From Patescibacteria group bacterium (GTDB lineage: Bacteria; Patescibacteriota; Minisyncoccia; Ryanbacterales; GWA2-47-10b), in contig JBBTSE010000007.1 of assembly GCA_038064855.1 (NCBI GenBank), positions 151,699 through 215,698 on the forward strand: a stretch of 64,000 nucleotides of DNA, read 5' to 3'. This document shows, in pieces, positions 39,781 to 49,982 of this stretch. How positions within the stretch are numbered: position 1 is the stretch's first letter; every line of letters begins with the position of its first letter. The notes under the pieces were generated by a model, which had not been told where the DNA came from, did not search any database, and saw only the letters and a list, made by a program, of their open reading frames with translations. The position numbers and the translations under genes are program-made.

Positions 39781-39829
39781 ATGGGCGTCCCGCTTTAGCG
39801 GGATGCATTGACCGCTCCGCCACCTGCCC
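39781..39829 (-). repeat. Pseudo-tRNA-Tyr 5' repeat, copy 1
   Basis: First 23 nt of tRNA-Tyr + GCA + hairpin TCCCGC-TAAA-GCGGGA + CGCCCAT(GTGG) from the variable arm. Confidence 0.97.
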
Positions 39830-39838
39830 GTAGGCAAA

Positions 39839-39867
39839 AGAATACCAAGATTTTGCCAAAAGCTCAA
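39839..39867 (-). promoter_or_regulatory. sigma70 promoter upstream of the pseudo-tRNA/tRNA-Tyr cluster
   Basis: Minus strand TTGAGC, 17 nt ending TGG, TATTCT, then 9 nt to repeat copy 1. Confidence 0.7.
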
Positions 39868-39873
39868 CTACCC

Positions 39874-42564
39874 TTAGCGGGCGGCGGCTTTTGAGGGCTG
39901 TACTTTACGCTTTGGTGGCAGGCTCTTTACCCCGCTATCAAAGCGATATGCGCCACCTTTATGGTCGATTTGTACTTTGGTGCCGTCAGCAATCTTGCCT
40001 CCTACCAGCATCTCGGCGAGCGGATTAAGAATCTTATTTTGAATCACACGCTTGAGCGGACGCGCACCATAGTGCTTGTCATACCCTTCTTCGATGAGCG
40101 CCTCTTTAGCAGATTTGGATACCGTAAACTCAATGCCTTTTTTGGCGAGACGCATTGATACCAAATCAAGCTGTACGTCGACAATGCGCATGAGGTCTTC
40201 TTTGTTGAGCGTGTTGAAGATAATCGTACCATCAAGACGATTGAGAAACTCAGGGCGAAAACGCTGCTCGAGTGTTTTACGGATGCGGCGTTCGAGCTCT
40301 TCATGATGACGATCTTCCTCGCGCACGGTGCCATCGAGCTGAAATCCTACCTTGCCCATCTCAAAGACAAACTCGGAGCCAATATTTGAAGTCATGATGA
40401 TCAGCGTATTTTTGAAGTTTACATGTCTCCCCTTCGCGTCAGTCAGACGCCCATTATCAAGAATCTGAAGCATGATATTGAATACCTCAGGGTGAGCTTT
40501 TTCAATTTCATCAAACAACAACACCGAATACGGACGATGACGCACAAGCTCAGTGAGCTGACCTCCCTCCTCGTATCCGACATAACCGGGTGGTGAACCT
40601 ATAAATTTTGAGATCGCATGCTTTTCCATGTATTCGGACATATCGACGCGTATCAATGATTTCTCATCGTTGAATAAAAACGCAGCCAGGGCTCGCGCAA
40701 GTTCGGTCTTACCAACACCTGTTGGACCCAAGAAAATAAACGAACCGATTGGTCGGTCTTCTTCGCTGATACCCGCGCGTGACCTTCGCACCGCATTGGC
40801 AACCTCGGTGATCGCTTGATCTTGACCGATAACGCGCTGCTTGAGACCAGCTTCCATGGTCGCGAGCTTTGCCGCCTCTTCTTCGAGCATGCGCTCGACT
40901 GGAATACCTGTCCAACGCTGAACGACACGGGCGATATCTTCAGGTCCTACTTCTTCTTTGAGCATTTGGCGAGAGCTTTGGAGCTTGCGTAATCGTTGCT
41001 CTTCTTCAGCGAGTGCTTGAGTGACCGAAGGAATGCGTCCATAGCGAATCTCGGCTACTTTGGCGTAGTCGGCGGATCGTTCGGCTGCGTCCGACTCTTG
41101 ACGCAATTGCTCCATGTCTTTACCAAGCTCGCGAATGCGCGCGATAGTTTCTTTCTCACTTTTCCATTTTTCTTCGAGCGCGCCATATTTCTCTTTGAGA
41201 CCCGCAAGTTCTTTTTCAAGTACTGACATCTGGCGCTTTGATTTGCCGTCGTTTTTCATTGCTTCACGCTCAATCTCAAGACGCATCACTTCGCGTTTGA
41301 GAGTTTCTAAATCAAGCGGCGTTGATTCCATGTCGAGACGCAAACTTGATCCCGCCTCGTCCATAAGATCGACAGCTTTGTCAGGCAAAAAACGATCCGT
41401 GATATAGCGACGCGAAAGATCTACCGCCTGCCTGATCGCCGCGTCAGTGATGCGTACGCCATGATGGAGCTCGTACCGGTCACGAAGCCCTCGCAAAATA
41501 CTGATAGCATCTTCGGGTGATGGTTCTTCTACATAGACGGGCTGGAAACGACGCGAGAGTGCGGGATCTTTTTCAATATATTTTTGATATTCTTTGAGAG
41601 TTGTAGCGCCGATCACATGAAGCTCGCCACGAGCAAGGGCGGGCTTGAGCATATTTGATGCGTCCATGGCGCCCTCGGCTGCTCCTGCGCCTACCAAAGT
41701 ATGAAGCTCGTCAATAAACAAAAGCACATTGCCTTCTGATCGCTGAATTTCTTTGATGACCGCTTTCAGACGCTCTTCGAACTCGCCACGGTATTTGGTG
41801 CCGGCAACCAGCGCGCCCAAATCAAGCGCGATAACTTCCTTACCACGCAAGCTCTCGGGGATATCGCCTGACGCAATGCGTTGCGCAAGACCGTCAACGA
41901 TAGCAGTCTTGCCAACACCCGCCTCACCAATGAGTACGGGATTATTTTTTGTGCGGCGCGAGAGAATTTGAACCACGCGGCGAATTTCTTCTTCGCGTCC
42001 AATGACCGGATCGAGCTTTTCTTCGCGCGCCATACGCGTAAGATTGCGCGCGTATTTTTCGAGCACCTGATACTTTGCTTCAGGCGTCTCATCGGTCACG
42101 CGTTGCGAACCGCGAATAGACGCGAGTGCTTTAAGTACATCTTCTTTATCAAGTTTGAAACGATCAATGACTTCTTTTGCCTTTGATGGCACTTCCAAAA
42201 GACCCAAAAACAAATGCTCAGTTGAAATATATTCATCTTTGAGCATTGCTGCTACCTTGTGCGCGGCCTCAATGACACGCGCGAGCTCGGGGGTCAGATA
42301 AAACTGCTGATTGGGCGCGAGCACAAAAGTGCCTCGGCGTTCGTCGAGAATATCAAAAACCACATCAGAAAATTGCATATAGTCGATCTCGAGGCGTTCA
42401 AGGATCGCAGAGATAACTCCTTCTTCTTGAAGCAAAAGTGAACCGAGCAAATGCATGGCGCCGAGCGAGTTTTGCCCGCGCTCAACCGCCAGGTCATGCG
42501 CGCGCTTGAGAGCTTCTTGCGCTTTGATCGTAAAATTGTTGAACGGGTTATTGAATGGAGGCAT
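39874..42564 (-). CDS. clpB: AAA+ disaggregase ClpB
   Basis: Two NBDs ([16 protein letters not shown]) and a long M-domain with AEIRYG. Confidence 0.96.
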   Translation of the reverse strand: MPPFNNPFNNFTIKAQEALKRAHDLAVERGQNSLGAMHLLGSLLLQEEGVISAILERLEIDYMQFSDVVFDILDERRGTFVLAPNQQFYLTPELARVIEAAHKVAAMLKDEYISTEHLFLGLLEVPSKAKEVIDRFKLDKEDVLKALASIRGSQRVTDETPEAKYQVLEKYARNLTRMAREEKLDPVIGREEEIRRVVQILSRRTKNNPVLIGEAGVGKTAIVDGLAQRIASGDIPESLRGKEVIALDLGALVAGTKYRGEFEERLKAVIKEIQRSEGNVLLFIDELHTLVGAGAAEGAMDASNMLKPALARGELHVIGATTLKEYQKYIEKDPALSRRFQPVYVEEPSPEDAISILRGLRDRYELHHGVRITDAAIRQAVDLSRRYITDRFLPDKAVDLMDEAGSSLRLDMESTPLDLETLKREVMRLEIEREAMKNDGKSKRQMSVLEKELAGLKEKYGALEEKWKSEKETIARIRELGKDMEQLRQESDAAERSADYAKVAEIRYGRIPSVTQALAEEEQRLRKLQSSRQMLKEEVGPEDIARVVQRWTGIPVERMLEEEAAKLATMEAGLKQRVIGQDQAITEVANAVRRSRAGISEEDRPIGSFIFLGPTGVGKTELARALAAFLFNDEKSLIRVDMSEYMEKHAISKFIGSPPGYVGYEEGGQLTELVRHRPYSVLLFDEIEKAHPEVFNIMLQILDNGRLTDAKGRHVNFKNTLIIMTSNIGSEFVFEMGKVGFQLDGTVREEDRHHEELERRIRKTLEQRFRPEFLNRLDGTIIFNTLNKEDLMRIVDVQLDLVSMRLAKKGIEFTVSKSAKEALIEEGYDKHYGARPLKRVIQNKILNPLAEMLVGGKIADGTKVQIDHKGGAYRFDSGVKSLPPKRKVQPSKAAAR

Positions 42565-42568
42565 ATGT

Positions 42569-43816
42569 TTAGAATTTACGCTCTACGAGTGCTAACTGAA
42601 TCGCTTGCTCTTTGCCGTCACGGATAAACTTTACTGATATAGTCTCGCCTACTTTATGCTTTTGGATGAGCTCGGCCAAGGGATTGGTAACGGTTGGTTT
42701 CTCACCACCGAATTCGGTGATCACATCACCAGTCTTGATCCCTGCCTTGTCTGCAGGAGAACCTGCGGTCACTGCGGGACTACCATCATCACTCGCACAC
42801 AAGGCGCCCTCGGTAATTGATAGCTTGCGTTCTTTCGCAATATCGCCGTCGAGCATGATATATCGTATACCGAGAAACGGATAAGATATCCTGCCAAACT
42901 TCTCAACATCACTGATATCTTTTTTGATGATATTGATAGGTAGCGCGAAGCCAATATTTTCTGCGCCTGAGGCGACTGCCGTATTGACACCTATCACCTC
43001 GCCTGAAAGATTGATGAGTGGACCACCTGAATTACCCGGGTTGATAGCGGCATCGGTTTGGATAAGCTGACGCAATTCAAATCCTGATGCAACCACGGTG
43101 CGGCTCAACCCTGAGACGATACCTACCGAAATAGTATTTTGAAACTCGCCAAGTGCGTTACCAATGGCGATTACTTTTTGACCAAGCTGTGCTGATGCAG
43201 AGTCACCAAGCGCGATAGTAGGAAGACCCTTGGCATCAATTTTAAGAATGGCTACATCTTGAAGCGGATCGCGGGCAAGTACCTTGGCAATGTATTTTTT
43301 ACCATCATTCATAAGTGCCGTGTATTCAGCGTCGCGATCTTGTACCACATGGCGATTTGTTACAACAAGGCCATCATCGCGCACGATAAAACCAGATCCC
43401 GCAGATATTTGTTGCTTTTGAGTGCCTTTTTGACAAAGCGCGGGTACACGAAAATCAGGGAAAAATTGGCTCAGCGCGTCATCCTCGCCAAACGGCGAAA
43501 CCATACACTGCTCAACCTTGGGTAAATCTTTGGTGGCGATAATACTCACGACAGCTGGTGAGACGCGGCGTACCACATCAACCACTCGCTGTTCTTCGGT
43601 GATGACATTTATGGTCTTACCCTTGTCATCTGAATTTGAATCATCATTGTTGCTCACCGCCTCAACAGTCCTTTCAACAACGCGCTGGATAGTCTGCGTG
43701 ACCGTTTGCGGTGATTGATCATAGAGCGCAGCCGTAACTATCGCCGTGGTAAATGATACGACGATACTCATCAGTAAAAAGAGTAGTACAAGTTGTGTTT
43801 TAGTGAGGTCTTCCAT
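42569..43816 (-). CDS. HtrA/DegP-family serine protease with PDZ domain
   Basis: [26 protein letters not shown]-terminal PDZ. Confidence 0.95.
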   Translation of the reverse strand: MEDLTKTQLVLLFLLMSIVVSFTTAIVTAALYDQSPQTVTQTIQRVVERTVEAVSNNDDSNSDDKGKTINVITEEQRVVDVVRRVSPAVVSIIATKDLPKVEQCMVSPFGEDDALSQFFPDFRVPALCQKGTQKQQISAGSGFIVRDDGLVVTNRHVVQDRDAEYTALMNDGKKYIAKVLARDPLQDVAILKIDAKGLPTIALGDSASAQLGQKVIAIGNALGEFQNTISVGIVSGLSRTVVASGFELRQLIQTDAAINPGNSGGPLINLSGEVIGVNTAVASGAENIGFALPINIIKKDISDVEKFGRISYPFLGIRYIMLDGDIAKERKLSITEGALCASDDGSPAVTAGSPADKAGIKTGDVITEFGGEKPTVTNPLAELIQKHKVGETISVKFIRDGKEQAIQLALVERKF

Positions 43817-43875
43817 AGAAAAACCAGCTTATCTGACTAAGGTGATTATACAATAAAATTGCCTGTCTGCAAAGG

Positions 43876-44100
43876 TTATTCGACGGCTTCGACTCTCTCG
43901 ATGCCATTGAAGTTTTCTTTGAGGATCATCTCGATGCCTTCTTTGAGGGTGAGAGCTGCGAGCGGACAACCCTTGCAAGTACCTTTGAGGCGTAAGTTTA
44001 CAACACCATCTTGATAGGAAACAAACTCCGCATCTCCGCGGTGGAATGCCAGCATAGGGCTTACCTGCTCTTTGAGTACTTTTTTAATTTCTGATTCCAT
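43876..44100 (-). CDS. Nfu/NifU C-terminal domain protein
   Basis: HRGD...LKGTCKGCP...TLKEGIE. Confidence 0.92.
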   Translation of the reverse strand: MESEIKKVLKEQVSPMLAFHRGDAEFVSYQDGVVNLRLKGTCKGCPLAALTLKEGIEMILKENFNGIERVEAVE

Positions 44101-44674
44101 ATTTTTCTATCAAGCCGGATACATGCGACCAATCGATATTTTTGAAGAATGCTTCGATATACGCTTTGCGTGCGGTAGCGTAGTCAATGAAATACGCGTG
44201 CTCATAGACATCCATGACCAGAAGCGCCACCGAATTCCATACGCCACCTTGGTTGTGCGTATCACACACGACATTGCGCAAACGCTTGTCATCAAGGTCA
44301 TAGGCGAGCACTACCCAACCGCGCGCACAAAGCCCGAGGGCTTTGAACTCGGCTGCCCAATGCTCTACCGAACCAAAGTCACGAATAATAAGATCAGCAA
44401 TGATACCTGCTGGCGCAGAAGTACCTTCGAACATATTGTCGAAATAGCCCTCATGGAGCTTCACGCCGTTTAATGCAAAGGTCTCTTCTATCTTTAACGC
44501 ACGAAGGTCGGAAAAAGTAGCGTTGGCTGACGCAAGATCAGCTGACTTGAGCTTTTCATCTATCTCGTCAACTTTCTTTACATAGCCGGCATACAGCACA
44601 TCGTGATGTTCTTTGAGCTGACGCTCAGAGATGCCTTCGAGTTTTGTGTATTTTAATGGTTTTGGTGTGTGCAT
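44084..44674 (-). CDS. Fe/Mn superoxide dismutase family protein
   Basis: EHHDVLYAGYV, LHEGYF, MDVYEHAY. Confidence 0.92.
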   Translation of the reverse strand: MHTPKPLKYTKLEGISERQLKEHHDVLYAGYVKKVDEIDEKLKSADLASANATFSDLRALKIEETFALNGVKLHEGYFDNMFEGTSAPAGIIADLIIRDFGSVEHWAAEFKALGLCARGWVVLAYDLDDKRLRNVVCDTHNQGGVWNSVALLVMDVYEHAYFIDYATARKAYIEAFFKNIDWSHVSGLIEKYGIRN

Positions 44675-44680
44675 AATATT

Positions 44681-44911
44681 TTATGGATAGATTTGATTGC
44701 CTTGTTCATCAAATAAAAGAATGGCGCGCGTAGGGCATGATTGTGCCGCGAGCAATATCGTCTCATCATCAGCGCCTTTTGGGTTGGTGACGATTGCCTT
44801 GTTTTCTTCGTCGAGTGAAAAAACGCCCGGTGCGATTGCCACGCATGATGCCGCCCCAATGCAAAGATCGCGATCAACATGAATGCGGGCGATTTTTGGT
44901 ATATTAGCCAT
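44681..44911 (-). CDS. Ferredoxin, [3Fe-4S]-type motif
   Basis: CIGAASC...SCPT; start at ATG 44911. Confidence 0.9.
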   Translation of the reverse strand: MANIPKIARIHVDRDLCIGAASCVAIAPGVFSLDEENKAIVTNPKGADDETILLAAQSCPTRAILLFDEQGNQIYP

Positions 44912-45581
44912 AATATTTTTCAGCGTAAAAGCGAATAAGTTGCTCAATATCCGTGATAGCTTCTTCACTGAGCCCTACACCCACTTTAAGCTTTTTCTGT
45001 ACTTCTTCCAAGGTTTGCGCACCCTCGAGCACCGCTTCTTCGATATCTTTATCGGTGATATTAAGCCTGTCATCAATCACGCGCGCGCCTTCAACCACGA
45101 TTTTTTCGTTCTGGCCTGTCTTGCGGTAATAATCATTTGCCGTTTTTTGAAATGCTTTGTCGGCCAACACCGAGCAGTGAATCTTACGATTTGGAAGGCC
45201 GCCCAACCGCTGCATGATATGCTGGGGTTTTACTTTGAGTGCTTGGTCAACCGTCAGACCATCATTTTCGGTGAGCATCACTGAATACATTGAGGTTGCG
45301 GCAATCGCCGAACCACAGCCAAATGTTTTCCATTTGAGATCTTTGATGCGACCCGTCTCGGGATCGACTTTGATCCACATGTTCATCATATCGCCGCACG
45401 CGGGGCTACCTACCATGCCCGATGCGTCATACTCATCCTCGACGGGCGCGTCGAGTAAAATATTGCGGGGTTTGAAAAAATGTTCTTTGACGATGTCGGA
45501 GTAATACCACTTCTCACCCGTGTAGTGGTTGATGACATCGATCTTTGCCCCTGTTAGTTGTTTGTTGTCTTGTGTATCCAT
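44904..45581 (-). CDS. IscU/NifU-N scaffold fused to a degenerate BFD-like domain
   Basis: GSPACGD, TFGCGSAIA, KIHCSVL; C-terminal ITDKDIEEAV..GA.TLEEV. Confidence 0.9.
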   Translation of the reverse strand: MDTQDNKQLTGAKIDVINHYTGEKWYYSDIVKEHFFKPRNILLDAPVEDEYDASGMVGSPACGDMMNMWIKVDPETGRIKDLKWKTFGCGSAIAATSMYSVMLTENDGLTVDQALKVKPQHIMQRLGGLPNRKIHCSVLADKAFQKTANDYYRKTGQNEKIVVEGARVIDDRLNITDKDIEEAVLEGAQTLEEVQKKLKVGVGLSEEAITDIEQLIRFYAEKYYG

Positions 45582-45582
45582 A

Positions 45583-46866
45583 TTATTTATAGTTTTTTGA
45601 AGTTGCCTTCACTCGTAATCCCTCTCCTGCGAACGCTTCTGGATGCGACATGCCTGTAGCGTCTTCCGAGACCGTTATCGGAGAGATGCGCCGGAGTGTT
45701 TTCACCACATCAGGGAGTACCTCCATCACTTTATCGATTTCTTCTTTAGTTGTGTTTCTACCGAGCGTAAATCGAATGGAAGCATGAGCATACTCATAGG
45801 GGCGGCCAAGTGCCAAGATCACATGCGAAGGATCGAGCGATTCAGAAGTGCACGCTGATCCGGTAGAACATGCGATACCGTGTACATCAAGATACAAAAG
45901 GGTCGCCTCGCCTTCTATATCAAGAATAGAGACATTGATATTGTTTGGCAGGCGGCGCGTGGCATCTCCATTGAGTACGGTGCGGTGAATCTCGCGCGTG
46001 AGGCGTGAAGTAAAGTAATGACGCAAATCTTCAAGGCGCGTTGATTCTGCCTCTCGCGCGTCTGACGCGATCTGGAGAGCGGCTGCGAGACCTATGATAC
46101 CTGCGACATTTTCAGTACCAGCTCGGCGCTTGCCTTCTTGTGCACCACCAAAAATAATGGGGCGCATACGCGTGCCACGGCGGAGATACAAAACGCCCGA
46201 TCCCTTGGGCCCATAAATTTTTGATCCGTTGAGTACGAGCATATCAGTGTTAAGTTTTGTGATATTTAAATCGAGATATCCTGCCGCCTGACACGCGTCA
46301 GTATGAAAAAAAGGACCACTCGACAAGTCAGCTTTTGCTGCGCGATACTTGCGTACAATCTTGCCGATCTCCGCTACGGGCTGGATAGTACCAATCTCGT
46401 TGTTGGCGTACATGACTGATACCAAAATCGTATCGGCGCGGAGCGCGCGCTCGATATCTTGTGGATCGACAATGCCATCTTGTCCTACCGGCACGAGTGT
46501 GATCTCAAAACCCTCTTTTTTGAGTGCGTCGAGTGTGTGGAGTACGGCATGGTGTTCAATAGTAGTCGAGATGATGTGGCGACCCTTATCAGCGTATGCT
46601 CGTGCGACACCTGCGAGTGCCATCGTATCACCCTCAGTACCGCCCGATGTAAAAATAACCTCATCGGCGTGCGCGCCTAAAATATTTGCGATAGTCGTGC
46701 GCGCAGTATCAACAGCATCTTTGGCGCGTCGCCCCTCGCGATAGAGTGAGCCCGCGTTGCCAAACTCTTCGGTCATATATGGTGTCATGGCAGCCAAAAC
46801 ACGCCCGTCGAGCGGAGTCGCGGCTGCGTGATCCATATAGATTCGTTTGATGTTGTCAGTATTCAT
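45583..46866 (-). CDS. Cysteine desulfurase IscS/NifS
   Basis: YMDHAAATP, FTSGGTE, HTDACQ, KIYGPKG, STGSAC; start at ATG 46866. Confidence 0.95.
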   Translation of the reverse strand: MNTDNIKRIYMDHAAATPLDGRVLAAMTPYMTEEFGNAGSLYREGRRAKDAVDTARTTIANILGAHADEVIFTSGGTEGDTMALAGVARAYADKGRHIISTTIEHHAVLHTLDALKKEGFEITLVPVGQDGIVDPQDIERALRADTILVSVMYANNEIGTIQPVAEIGKIVRKYRAAKADLSSGPFFHTDACQAAGYLDLNITKLNTDMLVLNGSKIYGPKGSGVLYLRRGTRMRPIIFGGAQEGKRRAGTENVAGIIGLAAALQIASDAREAESTRLEDLRHYFTSRLTREIHRTVLNGDATRRLPNNINVSILDIEGEATLLYLDVHGIACSTGSACTSESLDPSHVILALGRPYEYAHASIRFTLGRNTTKEEIDKVMEVLPDVVKTLRRISPITVSEDATGMSHPEAFAGEGLRVKATSKNYK

Positions 46867-46874
46867 TTGGATTT

Positions 46875-47156
46875 TTAGACTTTGATCTCCGCTGAAAATA
46901 CGCCGCATCCTTTGCATGGAAAATTTTCATTGAATGAATAGTAGATCTCGCGGCCCTTGCGTTCTTTTGTGATAAGCCCCATATCATCGAGCATTTTGAG
47001 GTGATAGGAGACGGTGGGTTGCGTGACGCTCATAACCTCGGTTATGTGAGCGACATTGACTTGTTTTGTCTTGATCTCACGCAAAATACGAAGACGGGTA
47101 CTATCAGAGAGTACCCGAAAGCAATTTGTGCACGAGTGTGCGGGCGCATCGGACAT
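46875..47156 (-). CDS. ArsR/SmtB-family regulator with two CxxC motifs
   Basis: FRVLSDSTRLRIL, TQPTVSYHL; CTNC and CKGC. Confidence 0.92.
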   Translation of the reverse strand: MSDAPAHSCTNCFRVLSDSTRLRILREIKTKQVNVAHITEVMSVTQPTVSYHLKMLDDMGLITKERKGREIYYSFNENFPCKGCGVFSAEIKV

Positions 47157-47191
47157 ATAGACAAGTATCTATATTTCTAGCTAAAAGTCAA
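47155..47191 (-). promoter_or_regulatory. Putative ArsR operator over the promoter and start codon
   Basis: Inverted repeat ATATAGA-N6-TCTATAT (47155-47174); minus-strand TTGACT at 47186-47191. Confidence 0.7.
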
Positions 47192-47201
47192 GCGCGCGGT
47201 G

Positions 47202-48476
47202 TTACGCGTCGTTTCGTACAAAAAGGCGCAGTTCGTGCACTGCGTAGCGGAGCGCGGTACCCAAAGGCAAAATGGTCACAAGATACTTGATGAGTACGAC
47301 ATACTTGAGCACCCACGCAAAAAAACCAGTCCAGCGAAAACTACCAGCTTCCAAAAGCGCGAATTTACCACCAATAGGGATGATAAACTTGGACGGCTTT
47401 GGCTTGTAAGGTGCCGGCGTCGCCTTGGGATTTTTTATAAGCACACGAATAGCACGCGACACATATGCGCCTTCATGAAGTGCTTTTTGCGCGGTCATAG
47501 GCATGGGTGCACCCGTTTTCTTATCAAAGGTTGATGCTGTATCCCCCACCGTAAAAATATTTTGATACGGGCTTACGCGCAGATTAGGATCAGCGGTCAG
47601 ACACATTTTTTTATCAACGCCCACTCCTTTGACGATCGAGCCTTCACACGCGCCTTTCACACCTGCCGTCCATATCAAAAGATCAAAACCAAACGGCCGC
47701 TTTTCTTTGCCCAGATATAAAAGGTTTGGCCACACATCGACGATGGCACTACCTGCGAGCACTGTCACGCCCAAATCTTTGAGACGACGAGCCGCGCGCG
47801 CGCGCGCCCACGGTGCCGATGTGCCAAGCACGCCTGCACCCGCCTCCACTACGACACATGCCCAGTTGCCCGTAGGGCGGCCATGGAGGTGCGAGAGTTT
47901 TTTCATATATCCTACGAGCTCGCCTGCAAGCTCAACGCCTGTAAATCCCCCGCCGCCGATGACCACGGTGATTTTTTTATGTTTTGGCGTTGTTAGAAAA
48001 AGCTCATCGATGCGATTACGAATATTGCCAGCCTCATTGACTGATTTTAGACCAATAGAGTTTTGCTCAAGATGCGGTATAGAAAAATAATTTGTCTTGC
48101 TACCAAGTCCTACCACCAAATAGTCATAGTGTAGCTTGCGCCCCGTATCAAAAATAATAGAGCGCGTTTCGGGATCTACTGAAGTTATCTCGCCTTGCTC
48201 AATCTTTACCGCTGGCATGTGCGCGAAGATATCACGCAGAGGAATTGCGGCCGATGTGAGTAATTCACGGTTTTCAGTGCGCTGTTGTTTTTTGGTCTCG
48301 GGCAACTGTTCAGGACGAAAGAGTGTCGCCATCTCATAAAACTGTGCGTAGAGCATGTGATACGGATTGCGATCGACAACGATAACTTGCGCAACTTTTT
48401 TCTTTGCCAAATCGCGCGCAACACGAATGCCGCCATACCCACCACCCAAAATCACAACCAACGGTTTATGATGCAT
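47202..48476 (-). CDS. Type II NADH dehydrogenase-family FAD oxidoreductase
   Basis: LGGGYGG, YDYLVVGLGS, GGGFTGVELAGE, WTAG, VGD, AQKA..EG. Confidence 0.9.
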   Translation of the reverse strand: MHHKPLVVILGGGYGGIRVARDLAKKKVAQVIVVDRNPYHMLYAQFYEMATLFRPEQLPETKKQQRTENRELLTSAAIPLRDIFAHMPAVKIEQGEITSVDPETRSIIFDTGRKLHYDYLVVGLGSKTNYFSIPHLEQNSIGLKSVNEAGNIRNRIDELFLTTPKHKKITVVIGGGGFTGVELAGELVGYMKKLSHLHGRPTGNWACVVVEAGAGVLGTSAPWARARAARRLKDLGVTVLAGSAIVDVWPNLLYLGKEKRPFGFDLLIWTAGVKGACEGSIVKGVGVDKKMCLTADPNLRVSPYQNIFTVGDTASTFDKKTGAPMPMTAQKALHEGAYVSRAIRVLIKNPKATPAPYKPKPSKFIIPIGGKFALLEAGSFRWTGFFAWVLKYVVLIKYLVTILPLGTALRYAVHELRLFVRNDA

Positions 48477-48516
48477 GCGGTGAGTATATCACGAGATTAG
48501 TGAAGCGAGCTGTTGA

Positions 48517-48557
48517 TGGAGCCACCTCTCGGATTTGAACCGAGGACCTTCGCTTTA
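48517..48557 (-). repeat. att-like duplication of the tRNA-Thr(TGT) 3' end (41 bp)
   Basis: Identical to 51788-51828; identity stops within the anticodon loop. Confidence 0.97.
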
Positions 48558-48715
48558 TTAAAAATTTCTAAACTGCGGAAGCCCACTGCAAAGCAACGCA
48601 CTACAAGTTTGCCTCACAAGCGGATACAGGAGAAATATTCCTCAGATTTTTGCGGAAAGAAAAAAGGCTCTGCGGATGGTATCCACAGAGCCCATTAGGT
48701 TTGTATGAACTGAGA

Positions 48716-49297
48716 TTAGTTCAGCTCGGGAACATCGGTGCTTTTTGCAACCGTTGCGACCTTGGCAAGAGAATGGAGCGCTTGTGCGTGATCTTCTTCG
48801 TTGCCAGCACCGCAAAGATCTTCGAGCACCACGACTCGGAAGTCGCGATCATGCGCTTCTCGGGCGGCCGACTGAACGGCCAAGTCCGTTGCGACACCGC
48901 CCAACAGGAGGGTATCCGTCTTGAGCGTCCGAAGAATTACCTCAAGAGAGGTCGCGTAGAAAGCGCTCACGCGGTGCTTGGTGACGAGGAAATCTGCATC
49001 GGTCTTTTTCAGAGACTGATGGATCTCCGTCGCCCAAGTACCGAGCTGGAGCGCACCAAACTTTTTGGCGACTCCAAAAAGCGGGGAGGACTCGGGCCAT
49101 TCGCGATAGTCGCTTGAGAAGCCGACCCGCACGAAGACGATGGGCATGTTCTTTGCTCTCGCCCTCGTAATGGCGGTGTTTACGTTCTCGAGCGTTCCGT
49201 GCGCTTTTACAAACGCCGGATAGCCCTTGCCCGCGAACCTTCCTTTTTCATCAACGATCTCATTGATGAAGTCGATAAGGATGAGTGCTGTATTCAT
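48716..49297 (-). CDS. Isochorismatase/cysteine-hydrolase family protein (catalytic Cys replaced by Ala)
   Basis: ALILIDFIN, KHRVSAFY.T.L, GVATDLAVQSAAREAHDRDF; SD AAGGAG before ATG 49297. Confidence 0.9.
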   Translation of the reverse strand: MNTALILIDFINEIVDEKGRFAGKGYPAFVKAHGTLENVNTAITRARAKNMPIVFVRVGFSSDYREWPESSPLFGVAKKFGALQLGTWATEIHQSLKKTDADFLVTKHRVSAFYATSLEVILRTLKTDTLLLGGVATDLAVQSAAREAHDRDFRVVVLEDLCGAGNEEDHAQALHSLAKVATVAKSTDVPELN

Positions 49298-49308
49298 ATT
49301 TTCTCCTT

Positions 49309-49968
49309 TCATGGTTGTGTTTTTGGAGAAAGACCTTGCAGAAACTCCGCGAAGTCTTCCGCTGTCTCTAGGATGCACTTTGGTGAGAACTTTTTCAAGT
49401 AACTCGGCGGATGATATCCGTAACCGACACAAGCGATGTCCACCGGAACATCGCGACAGTAGAGTACGTCGCTCGCGAGATCGCCGATATACAATGTTTC
49501 CGTAACGTCGGCATTGTACAGAGCGAGCGCGCTACGAATTTTCTCCGTCTTTGTTTTGCGATGTTCTCTGCCGTAGACTCCTTGCACGAAATTTTCATCG
49601 AACTCTTCACACTTGCGGAGAATGGCGTACACCGCCTCCGAATAGCTTGAAGTGATGATGATTTTTGGCAAAGAGCAGCACGATAGAGCACGCACCACCT
49701 GGTGGAACGGTTCCACTTCGGTGGCACGCTGATTCATCGCACCTGAATGGCGATCAAAGAATATCCCTGTTTCCTCCTCATTTAAACCGAAAGGATAGAG
49801 CGAGTATCGTAGCTCAACGCCGTACACCCGTGTCATATCCTCGCGAGTTCTGACTTCGGGAATTGTCGGGAATTTCTCCCGCAGACGGTTAATCTCCTCC
49901 ATGCAAATCTGCAAGCTATTGGAGATTACGCCGTCAAAATCGAGAAAGAGCAGGCGATACTTTTTCAT
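49309..49968 (-). CDS. HAD-family phosphatase
   Basis: FLDFDGVI, ITSS, YIGDLASD. Confidence 0.9.
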   Translation of the reverse strand: MKKYRLLFLDFDGVISNSLQICMEEINRLREKFPTIPEVRTREDMTRVYGVELRYSLYPFGLNEEETGIFFDRHSGAMNQRATEVEPFHQVVRALSCCSLPKIIITSSYSEAVYAILRKCEEFDENFVQGVYGREHRKTKTEKIRSALALYNADVTETLYIGDLASDVLYCRDVPVDIACVGYGYHPPSYLKKFSPKCILETAEDFAEFLQGLSPKTQP

Positions 49969-49982
49969 TTATCACCCTCCTC

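Larger units (their letters stand above)
39469..39829 (-). mobile_element. Putative tRNA-associated GIY-YIG cassette
   Basis: Nuclease gene bracketed by identical tRNA-derived direct repeats next to the intact tRNA. Confidence 0.65.

Noticed and set aside
39469-39829. Reading the repeats as a CRISPR array, a group I intron or a split tRNA
   Set aside because: There are only two copies and they flank a CDS, with no cas genes. There is no room for an intron core, an intact tRNA-Tyr is adjacent, and the copies have no anticodon.
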